From an uncultured Thermococci archaeon (GTDB lineage Archaea; CAYQAE01; CAYVLA01): a stretch of DNA of 64,000 bases. Numbering within the stretch: position 1 is the stretch's first letter; each line of letters begins with the position of its first letter. Under the pieces are notes generated by a model. It was not told the DNA's origin and ran no database searches. It was given only the letters and a program-made list of their open reading frames with translations. A program made the position numbers and the translations under genes. The stretch spans positions 1-64,000 of the forward strand of contig CAZJVP010000076.1 of the NCBI GenBank assembly GCA_964549615.1. Reading direction: 5' to 3'. Below are positions 1 through 8,307 of this stretch, in pieces.

Positions 1-3000
1 GCCTCGTCACGGACGGCCTCGTGGGCGGGACGGTGGGTCTTGCTGCGGGCGGGGTGACCGGTTTGGGCGTCGGCGCGATGGGCCGTGAGGGTGGGATTGC
101 CGTTGGCGGAGGCGTTGGTCTTGCGGGAGGTACAGCCGGGCCCAACTTCGGTGCCGCACCCGGCAAAGCGCGTGCAGGCTCCACCGGGCGTGGAGGCGCA
201 GGCCTTCTCCCGGGCAGCTCGGACGGCCGCGGCACGAACGGCCTCTCGGGCAGCTTCCTCGCCGGTTTCACCCGAGGCGCACGGGTCGGTTGCCCCCTCA
301 TGATCACATAGGAGAGCCCGATCAGGACGATTGCAAGGATGATCTTGACCAGGGCCGGCCAGGGTAGCGGTCCCTTCGGCGGAAGCTCGAACTGGACTTT
401 GTAGGACTCGCTTCCAAGGCCGACCACATGCAGTACGGGGCCGTCCTCGGTATCGACCACCCACCACTGGTCCTCCGCCAGCCTCTGGCCATCAGCCCCT
501 GCGACGAAGAGCACCGTGCGGTTCGTTCCGAGCAGGAACTGCGAGTACGCCCATCCCTGGACCGCGCGGTCTAACCTCAGGACCGCCGTGTAGTTGTTGT
601 CCTTGGAGGGACCCTGCACGACGGAGCCGCCCACGAGCTCCACGGGAAGGCAGCCGCCCTGCGACTTGAGGAAGACCTGCACGTTCCCTTCCTCCTTGGA
701 GCCGATGATCACAGCGTTCTCGCCCGGCGCCCAGACCGGCACGACCTGGGTCGCGCTGTGGCCGAGCATGTCCGTTGAAGTCACCGTGACGATGGAATGG
801 CCCTCGATCTGGCTCAGCGCGGGCATCCAGGTATACTGGGTGGCCTGCAGCGAGATCACGACGGTTTCGTTGAGCCGGATGACGAGTTCCTTTATGCCGC
901 TGGCGTCCTCCGTCAGCACCCTCATGGCGAATCCGGTGCCGATGGGCTTGTCCTTCGTTGGCAGTTCGATCCAGAGGCTCGGCGGCGTGTTGTCGACCTT
1001 GATGCCTGCCGTCCTGTCCTGTGCGAGGTTGCCCGAGTTGTCGCTGCAGTTGATGACGAACGTGTAGGAGCCGTCGCGGAGGGTCGTATCGATCACGAAG
1101 GAGGCGCCATATACGCCGTCGCCGGCCAGCCCATCGCCGTGCTTGCCGTCATCGAAAAGCTCGAGCGTGAAGTGTACGGTCTCAGCCGAGCTGTTGGAGA
1201 CCAGCGCGAGTACGGTCCTGTTAACGCCGGAGAGCGGATCGGCGCACGAGACGGTCACCTGGACCACGTCACCCAACTTGACGATGTCCGGCTCGCCCTT
1301 GGCGCCCGAAACTGTCGGACTTGTGTTGTCGACGACGAGCGGGCCGAACCTAACGGTCGCCGTGCGCCCCGCGAGGTCGACCACCCTGACCTCGTAGTCG
1401 TACCTTCCCTCCGAATCGGGCATCCTCAGGGTTCCCGTCCACGTCTCCTGGGCGCTCTGCACCAGGGAAAGCGTTCCGAAGGACGCGTTGGCCACGCCGA
1501 AGTTGTCGGATGCCAGCACAGTGACCTCGACGTACGGTGCCCACTTGGAGGCGAAGGCGCGGTCGGTCGAGATCGAGATGATCCTGGGGTCGGACTTGTC
1601 CACGACGATCCATGACGGCTCTTGGACGGAGTTCCCTGCCTCGTCGGTCGCGCTGATCTCGATCGTCTGGTTCCCCTCCGGGATATCGGGGATATTGAAT
1701 ATCGCGCCGAACCGCCCGTCCCCGGCCAGGCCGTCCCGGCTCTGCCCGTCGTCCCTCAGCTCGTAGGCGTGTCCCCTCAGGAGGACGGTTGCCGCGCTGA
1801 TGCCGGTGAAGTCTGACATCTGCGCGTTGACGATCAGCTCGTCCCCGACCTTCAGGTATCTTCTTGAGACGGTGATGGAAGTGACCTCAACGGGCGTGTT
1901 GTCGACCTGAACCACGATCCAGGTGCCGTTCTTCAGCTCGCCGTCCGAGCACACTGCCGTGATATTGTACCATGAGTCCGGATACTCAAACGTCATCCAA
2001 TTGTACGTGGAGGTGGACGAGACCAGCTTTCCGTTGATTCGTACCTCGTAGGTGAGGGGATCCTTCTCGGCGTCGGTTCCGGATACCGATATGGGCTGAA
2101 TTCCTCGCACCTTAGATCCTCCGATGGGGGAATCGATCCGCACGGCTGGGGCCGTGTTCGGCGCTCTGTGAACGACCGTATCCGTGAAGATCTTGTCGTA
2201 GCCGTCTGACAGCTCGAACTTGACCTCATACTCGGCCCCCAGCTCGCCTATGATCTTGACCCGCTTTGCGATGTAGAAGGAGGTCCATTCGGTTGCGTTG
2301 GCCTTCCGGAAGTAGCACATCGGGAAGACCTGGTCGTTGTCCGGGTCGTAGTACGACACCTCGGCGTAGAAGTTGTGGGTGCCTTCCTCGTCTTCTATCG
2401 CCAGGGAGAGGAACACGGGGTATCTGTTGGGCACCGTGGCCTGTACGATCGCGCTTGAGTTCTCCCCGCCGTAAGCGTCCCGCACGACGACCCTGAACTC
2501 CAGCGTCTGCTTGGGAGCGTAACCGTCCGAGGGGGAGATCGAGCAGGTGGCGACGTTGTTCCGGATGGTCATGTTCGTCTCCCTCCAGACCTGCGTTCCC
2601 GACCTCCTGTGCTGGAGAACCGCCGTCATCGCGTCCCCCTCGACATCGAAGAGGTCGGAGGAAATGTCAAGGATATGGCCCGTCCTCTGGAGGTAGGTCG
2701 GGGCGGTGGCGGTCGGATCCTTGTTTGGAAGCTTGAGGGTGCTGACGGTGGTGGACGTGAAGGCTCCGTACTGGTCGCTGATCGTCAGCCGGTACTCGAT
2801 GGCGTCGGCTGGGGTATATCCGTCCTGGACGCTCAGGCTCGTTAGAGCCTGGGAACCGGTGAGGTTCATCACCTTGGCGGTCCAACTTGTGGCTCCCTGG
2901 CGCCTGTGCTCCAGCAGGATCTGCACGATGCTGTCCCCGTCTGGATCGGAGGCCGAGGCGTTCAGGAACGCGATGTGCTGGGTTGGGGATGCCGTCAGGG

Positions 3001-5509
3001 TCAGGTTCACGAGCACCGGCGGGTGGTTGGGGATCTGGTGCGTGTGGATGGTGGAGTTCGTCGATGCGCCGTACTGGTCCCTGACCTGTGCCTTGAACTC
3101 AACGGCGTGGATCGGAAGGTAGCCCTGCTGCGTTCCTATCGTCACGATCGCCGACCCCGCTTGCAAGGACATGTTCGTCACCTTCCACGTGGTTGCCCCG
3201 AAGGCTCGATGATACAGGGTTGCGGATGCGATCGCATCGCCGTCGCCGTCGGCCACCGGGAACGTGATGGTGAAGGCATGCTGGTTGGATGCATCCACGA
3301 TCGCGGGCACGCCGATGGTCGGCGCGACGTTTCCGAGCTGGGACGGGTAGATCGAGCTTTCGGACAGCGCTCCGTAGCTGTCCTGCGCGACGACCTTGAA
3401 CTCTAGCGTCGCCGAGACGGAGATCCCGTCGGAGGGCCCGAGGGTTGCGCCGTATCTTCCTCCCGACAGGGTCATGTTCTTGCTAGAGAAGCCACCGCCC
3501 TGTTCCCTGTAGTAGAGCTTGACCAAGGCCAGCCCGTCCCCCTCCGGATCCGTCACGGTGGCACTGACCGAGAGCGTGTGTCCAGCCCCGCCGGCTGACT
3601 GGATGTTGGATATCGCGGGGGCCCGGTTGGGGATGACGCCGCTGTTAGTCCCCGAGGTTGCGGTGGTCTTCATGTCGCTCACTATGACCTGGACCTCGAC
3701 GAGCAGCCCCGGGACGTAGCCGTCGGCGGTGCCAACCGTTGCCGAAGCCGCGCCCTCCGCAACCGTCATGGGCTTGGAGCTCCACCCGGATCCGAAGAGG
3801 CGGTGCTGCAGGACGGCCGAAAGGGCATCGCCGTCGGGGTCGCTCACCGCAGCCCAGACCGTAAAGGAGTGGGTCGTGTTGGACGGGATGATGAGGGGCA
3901 TGCCCACGGTCGGCGGCCTGTTCGTGATGGCCGGAACCGCGTGGGAGGATGTGGAGGTCTGACAAGTCGCTCCCTTGGAGTCCTGGGCAAGAACGTAGAA
4001 CTCGACCACGGTTCCCACGGGGTAGTCCGTGGAGGATATCGTGGTTGTGTATGTTCCAGGCGCCGTCCCCGACATAGTCCGGGCGGACCAACTACCGGAG
4101 CCCTGCTGCCGATGGTAGAGGGTGGCCGTCACCGCGTCGCCGTCGGGATCGGAGATCGTGCTGAAGACCCTAAAGGAGTTCGTACCCTGGATGTCTGAGG
4201 CCGAGGGCGTGCTTGCGACGGGGGGGCGGTTATGGATGACCCTGACCTTGATGCTGTCAAACGCCGCATCCTCGCCGTCGGTCGCGTTGCCGAATACCTG
4301 ATACCAACCCTCGGGCGAGGCCATCGTGTTCCAGACCTTGGTGCTGCCGGGGTAGGTCGTCCGGTTGGCGGGGTTTGACAGGTCCACAAGGGTAATCGAG
4401 AAAGTTAACGGGTCGCCATCAGGGTCCGACCCGGATATCGCGATCGTGGTGGGCCCGAGCAGCACCGTGCCGTTTGCCGGGGCATCGACGTGGACCGTGG
4501 GCGGGAGGTTTGTTACCGTGACGTTCACGGCGATATTTATCGTGTTGGAGCCCCACTTGACCGCGATGTTCCCGAGTATCTGGCCCTTGGTCGAGGTGTC
4601 CGCCTGGGCCCGGAACGCCCGCGACGTGTCGGGCGGGAGAAAGAAGGAGGACGCCCAGTCGTCAAGCACGGTCACCTTCGGGATGGACTCGGTGACGTTG
4701 ACCTGAACGCCGGCCGTGCCCGTGTTCGCGACGTTGAAGGACTGCACGGTATAGACGTTGCGGGTCACGGCCACCCTCCAGCTGGTCGGGTTAACCTGAA
4801 TGTTTGGGGCAAGGGTGTCCCTGACCTTCATCGCCACGGGCACGTACAACCGTCCGACAGCCGAGTCGATGACGATGTTGCCCGAGAAGTCGCCCGAGGT
4901 GCCCGTGTTGACGTTGGTGACGATGAGTTTCACCGTGCCGGATGCAGGGACGTTAACCGTGAACCCGGAGAGGTTGGACCCGAACTGGATGAAGCTGGGA
5001 TGGGTGACCGTCGCGCTGACGGGTGACCCGCCCGAGTTGGACAGAAGAAACGTCTTGCTAGGGATCGAGGAACCCTTCTGGACGTAACCATATTCGCCTA
5101 TCGTCCAGCTCGTCGGGTCGATGGTTAGCTGGGATGCGGCCAGGATGAATGTTGATGTGTCGGAGGCCGCCGAGTAGTAGGCGGTCACGGTGTATGTCCC
5201 TAGCGGGGCGTTGACGGGCATCGACAGTGCGGTTGAGAAGTGCCCGGTGGAGTTCGTGGTGGATGCGGTCTGCAGGAACAGGCCGCCGCTGGGATTGTTT
5301 ACCTGTATGGTCACGATCGCTCCGCCAATTCCGAAAGAGCCGTATGTCAAGTGCCCCTGAATCGGCACGGGGTTGGTCCTGTAGTACGTGGCTCCAGCGG
5401 GCTTCGTCAGGGCAATCGAGTATGACTGGGCGGAGGCAGGGCCGGCGCTGGCCAGCACCACCATCGTCACGATCCCCGCAAGGCGCAGGTTTCTCATGGG
5501 CCTCAACAT
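1..5509 (-). CDS. Giant secreted/membrane-anchored Ig/cadherin-like repeat protein (>1836 aa, 3' end outside window)
   Basis: Absent from the ORF track, consistent with no in-window stop. Hand translation from ATG 5509 (alt 5497) gives the signal peptide MLRPMRNLRLAGIVTMVVLASAGPASA. It has ~100-aa units beginning NxxP with DPDGD-like motifs, VDxT/SP repeats, an LFDDGKHGDGLAGDGVY motif, the TM helix WPALVKIILAIVLIGLSYVIM (~300-365) and a Pro-rich tail, in the same frame at both ends. Confidence 0.85.
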   Translation of the reverse strand, partial: MLRPMRNLRLAGIVTMVVLASAGPASAQSYSIALTKPAGATYYRTNPVPIQGHLTYGSFGIGGAIVTIQVNNPSGGLFLQTASTTNSTGHFSTALSMPVNAPLGTYTVTAYYSAASDTSTFILAASQLTIDPTSWTIGEYGYVQKGSSIPSKTFLLSNSGGSPVSATVTHPSFIQFGSNLSGFTVNVPASGTVKLIVTNVNTGTSGDFSGNIVIDSAVGRLYVPVAMKVRDTLAPNIQVNPTSWRVAVTRNVYTVQSFNVANTGTAGVQVNVTESIPKVTVLDDWASSFFLPPDTSRAFRAQADTSTKGQILGNIAVKWGSNTINIAVNVTVTNLPPTVHVDAPANGTVLLGPTTIAISGSDPDGDPLTFSITLVDLSNPANRTTYPGSTKVWNTMASPEGWYQVFGNATDGEDAAFDSIKVRVIHNRPPVASTPSASDIQGTNSFRVFSTISDPDGDAVTATLYHRQQGSGSWSARTMSGTAPGTYTTTISSTDYPVGTVVEFYVLAQDSKGATCQTSTSSHAVPAITNRPPTVGMPLIIPSNTTHSFTVWAAVSDPDGDALSAVLQHRLFGSGWSSKPMTVAEGAASATVGTADGYVPGLLVEVQVIVSDMKTTATSGTNSGVIPNRAPAISNIQSAGGAGHTLSVSATVTDPEGDGLALVKLYYREQGGGFSSKNMTLSGGRYGATLGPSDGISVSATLEFKVVAQDSYGALSESSIYPSQLGNVAPTIGVPAIVDASNQHAFTITFPVADGDGDAIASATLYHRAFGATTWKVTNMSLQAGSAIVTIGTQQGYLPIHAVEFKAQVRDQYGASTNSTIHTHQIPNHPPVLVNLTLTASPTQHIAFLNASASDPDGDSIVQILLEHRRQGATSWTAKVMNLTGSQALTSLSVQDGYTPADAIEYRLTISDQYGAFTSTTVSTLKLPNKDPTATAPTYLQRTGHILDISSDLFDVEGDAMTAVLQHRRSGTQVWRETNMTIRNNVATCSISPSDGYAPKQTLEFRVVVRDAYGGENSSAIVQATVPNRYPVFLSLAIEDEEGTHNFYAEVSYYDPDNDQVFPMCYFRKANATEWTSFYIAKRVKIIGELGAEYEVKFELSDGYDKIFTDTVVHRAPNTAPAVRIDSPIGGSKVRGIQPISVSGTDAEKDPLTYEVRINGKLVSSTSTYNWMTFEYPDSWYNITAVCSDGELKNGTWIVVQVDNTPVEVTSITVSRRYLKVGDELIVNAQMSDFTGISAATVLLRGHAYELRDDGQSRDGLAGDGRFGAIFNIPDIPEGNQTIEISATDEAGNSVQEPSWIVVDKSDPRIISISTDRAFASKWAPYVEVTVLASDNFGVANASFGTLSLVQSAQETWTGTLRMPDSEGRYDYEVRVVDLAGRTATVRFGPLVVDNTSPTVSGAKGEPDIVKLGDVVQVTVSCADPLSGVNRTVLALVSNSSAETVHFTLELFDDGKHGDGLAGDGVYGASFVIDTTLRDGSYTFVINCSDNSGNLAQDRTAGIKVDNTPPSLWIELPTKDKPIGTGFAMRVLTEDASGIKELVIRLNETVVISLQATQYTWMPALSQIEGHSIVTVTSTDMLGHSATQVVPVWAPGENAVIIGSKEEGNVQVFLKSQGGCLPVELVGGSVVQGPSKDNNYTAVLRLDRAVQGWAYSQFLLGTNRTVLFVAGADGQRLAEDQWWVVDTEDGPVLHVVGLGSESYKVQFELPPKGPLPWPALVKIILAIVLIGLSYVIMRGQPTRAPRVKPARKLPERPFVPRPSELPGRRPAPPRPVEPARALPGAAPKLGPAVPPARPTPPPTAIPPSRPIAPTPKPVTPPAARPTVPPTRPSVTR

Positions 5510-5533
5510 CCACCGGGTCTCAGGATCCAACTC

Positions 5534-7924
5534 CTAGCTTGGCTGCACGAAGAATGTGTGGACGTATGGGGCCGCAAGTATCCTGACGCCCGCTCCCAAC
5601 TTGTCGTAGGCATAAACCGTCGCGTTGTACTTGGTCTGGCTTCCGATGTTAAGGCCGAGCCACCAGCTGAGCTGTACCGTAGCCTGCGCGCCTCCCGCCA
5701 GCGTCAGCTCGGCATGGATGCCGCCGTATCCAGGGGCCGGGGCGCCCGTCACGTCCTCCACGTTGATCACCGTTATGAAAGTCACTGGCACGCTCCACTG
5801 GTTCTGGATCACCGCCCTGACGCTCATCACGTCGCCCTCAGTGAAGCTGTCGGTCGGGGTGTAGCTCGTAAGGTTCAGGGCCCGCAGGGTTGTGGCCGAA
5901 AGCACCCTCAGCGGGTATTTGACCTCCACGGTCTTCGTGATGACGTTGTTGAGCGTGTTCGCCTCAAGGGTCACATTGACGTTCTGGGCCGCGGCCCTCA
6001 GGGTGAAGATGCCTTCCCCGGCAAGGGCGGGGTTGCTCCTGTCCCAGTAGAAGGTCACGTTAACGGCCTGTCCCGGGTTGAGGCTGAAGGTCCTGGGCGT
6101 GAGATTGGCGCAGAGTATGCCGTTTATGGTCAGGTTGGCGGTGATGCCTCCCTCCCAGAAGGATCCAAGGTTTTTGAACTCCACCTTCACTGGCGGGTCG
6201 TTAACATAGTTGGGGTTGAGCTGGTTGGCGACGTGTATGGCGTATGCCGCTATGTCGTGCAGCGGCTGGGTCACGTTCGCCGTGCAGGTGATGTTCAGCT
6301 TGGGCTCATCCGGGTCGTTTGTCGTTATGATCAAGAAGCCAGTCTGGATCCCCTGCGCGGAGGTGTCGAAGTAGGCCCGGAATCCCTTCGAAGTCCCTGG
6401 GTTTAGAGAGAAGACTGATGTGTCGTTTAGGGAGATCTTGGCCTGGCCGGAGCATGACCCCGAAAGCGTTGCCTGGCCGACGTTTGTGATTGAGAAGTCC
6501 TTGTAGGCGATGCTTCCCATGCTGACGTTTCCATAGCTCCAGTTCCGGTTGCTGAGCGTAAGATCCGGGTTGACGCCGTATGCATCCGACCCGTAGATTC
6601 CGGTTCTGAGGAAGTCGTTCTTGTAGGTCACCCACTTCTTCTGCGAAGAAAGCGTGGTTGTGCCGACCTTGTAGAGGCGCGCGGCCGCGGCGGAAGGCGA
6701 GGTCATGAAATAGACAACATCAAGGTAACCGTCAGCATCGCAGTCGAAGACGACAGGGGCATTTCCTAGGTTCGCCCAGTCCGACCCCGGAGCCCGGGAG
6801 AAGATCTGGCCGCTCCAGTCGAAGACCCTTATCGCATTGTCAACCGCCACAACCTCTGGCCAACCATCGCCGTCCAGATCGGCGATGGCTGGGGTCGCGA
6901 TCCTGCTCTGCGAAGGCTGCGCAAGCCAGTCCTTCCTGTTGCCGTACCGGTCGATAGCCACGAGTTTCGTCCCGACGCCTGTGACGATGACCTCAAGGTA
7001 CCCGTCGCGGTTGATGTCGCCGGCCACCAGCGACGCGGCCACGTTCAACCCCGTGGCGACCGTTTTCTTGAGAGATCCGGTTGACCCCGAGAAATAGCAC
7101 ACCCGACCGTCATCCGTGACCTGTGCAACCTCGACCTCACCATCTGCGTCGAAATCACCCATTATGGGTGACTGCTTCCCAGCGGAGGCCGGGAGCGTTG
7201 CTTCCCACTTCACGACTCCTGTTGAGCTGATCGCCTTTATCTTTCTCTGAGGGGGCTCAAGCAGCACGATCTCCACCGCTCCGTCATTGTCGACATCCCC
7301 TATGACGTGTGGATGGTCATGTGCTTGCGAGGTGGCAGGCTCTAGCGGAACGGTCATGTTCACCGTCCCGTCCTCCGCGTTCAGAACGACCAACTGATCC
7401 GTCCCTCCGTTGGCCCAACGGCCGAAGATGACCTCATACTTGCCGTCCCCGTCCAGGTCATAAAGCGACGGGCATCCGACCATGTCGTAGGTGCCGTATG
7501 TCTTTGTCCAGACCGCCGTTCCATTCCTGTACATGCACTTGAGCGTGTTGGCGGGGGTGGCCGCGATTATCTCCTTGGCGCCGTCCCCGTCGATGTCAAC
7601 GGCTATGGAACTCTGCGTCTCGCCCCCGATCGAATGGGCGGCCTGGTCGCGAAGGACCCTTGTGCCTGTCGCGGTGTTGAGAATGTAGTAGGTCACATCG
7701 ACGGTCACCTGGGGGTCCTGCTCCCACATCATGCGAAAGTCTATCTCCGTGGATCCGACGACCGTGGGGTTCGCCCCAGGGCCTCCCCCGGTTCTAACAA
7801 CCCACGAGGCAATGATGCTGGGCTCCGTCAGAGCATTTCCGATCATGATTATGCTCGGCGGGAGCAATCCAGCCAGAAACAGGCTGACTACGACCAAAGC
7901 TACGAGAGGGGATCTCGACTTCAT
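5534..7924 (-). CDS. Secreted FG-GAP/VCBS beta-propeller protein with C-terminal Ig-like (ASH/CARDB-like) domains
   Basis: Signal peptide; seven DxDxDG-type motifs (DIDGDG, DLDGDG, DVDNDG, DFDADG, DINRDG, DLDGDG, DCDADG); ITNVG...TNDPDEP and NLG...EANTLNN Ig-type motifs. Confidence 0.8.
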   Translation of the reverse strand: MKSRSPLVALVVVSLFLAGLLPPSIIMIGNALTEPSIIASWVVRTGGGPGANPTVVGSTEIDFRMMWEQDPQVTVDVTYYILNTATGTRVLRDQAAHSIGGETQSSIAVDIDGDGAKEIIAATPANTLKCMYRNGTAVWTKTYGTYDMVGCPSLYDLDGDGKYEVIFGRWANGGTDQLVVLNAEDGTVNMTVPLEPATSQAHDHPHVIGDVDNDGAVEIVLLEPPQRKIKAISSTGVVKWEATLPASAGKQSPIMGDFDADGEVEVAQVTDDGRVCYFSGSTGSLKKTVATGLNVAASLVAGDINRDGYLEVIVTGVGTKLVAIDRYGNRKDWLAQPSQSRIATPAIADLDGDGWPEVVAVDNAIRVFDWSGQIFSRAPGSDWANLGNAPVVFDCDADGYLDVVYFMTSPSAAAARLYKVGTTTLSSQKKWVTYKNDFLRTGIYGSDAYGVNPDLTLSNRNWSYGNVSMGSIAYKDFSITNVGQATLSGSCSGQAKISLNDTSVFSLNPGTSKGFRAYFDTSAQGIQTGFLIITTNDPDEPKLNITCTANVTQPLHDIAAYAIHVANQLNPNYVNDPPVKVEFKNLGSFWEGGITANLTINGILCANLTPRTFSLNPGQAVNVTFYWDRSNPALAGEGIFTLRAAAQNVNVTLEANTLNNVITKTVEVKYPLRVLSATTLRALNLTSYTPTDSFTEGDVMSVRAVIQNQWSVPVTFITVINVEDVTGAPAPGYGGIHAELTLAGGAQATVQLSWWLGLNIGSQTKYNATVYAYDKLGAGVRILAAPYVHTFFVQPS

Positions 7925-8230
7925 GCGGTCACTTCCAGTGGAACTTGGAACGGCCAGTTCGGACTGGTGAGGTTTGAGCGAAACCCGAATGACCTATTAT
8001 ATGTTTTGCCGGCTGCGTTGACGCCTGCTCAGTGTCGTCTCTTTTCTTTGCGGCTCGGCCGAGCCTCATCGGCCAAACTTCTTCTACGAGAAATGGGGAT
8101 CCACCCCTGCCGCGCTCTCAGATCCCCCTACGGCAGACCTTCGCCGCCTGACGTCGGGTGCGATCGAACCCCCGTCTCGGACCACGCGCTTTTCTCGCGG
8201 TCTTCGTGGGAAAGCCGTCGAATGCGGGTC

Positions 8231-8244
8231 GAAATATTTAAATA
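8231..8244 (+). promoter_or_regulatory. BRE/TATA promoter of the 8308 gene
   Basis: GAAATATTTAAATA in a GC-rich intergenic region, ~65 nt upstream of a TTG start with GGAGG RBS at 8296-8300. Confidence 0.65.
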
Positions 8245-8307
8245 GACTCTGGGCCCCTTTGACGCCGAACTTTTTTCTAGCCAGAAGAAGCTAAAGGAGG
8301 ATAAAGT

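Noticed and set aside
21-5586. Numerous plus-strand ORFs (70-270 aa) in the ORF track
   Set aside because: Antisense shadows of the giant minus-strand gene; typical of high-GC codon bias, with no motifs.
7925-8230. Long intergenic region with GC palindromes (e.g. GGCTCGGCCGAGCC) and the 7634-8245 ORF
   Set aside because: No tRNA/SRP/RNase P signature recognised; consistent with a divergent promoter region.
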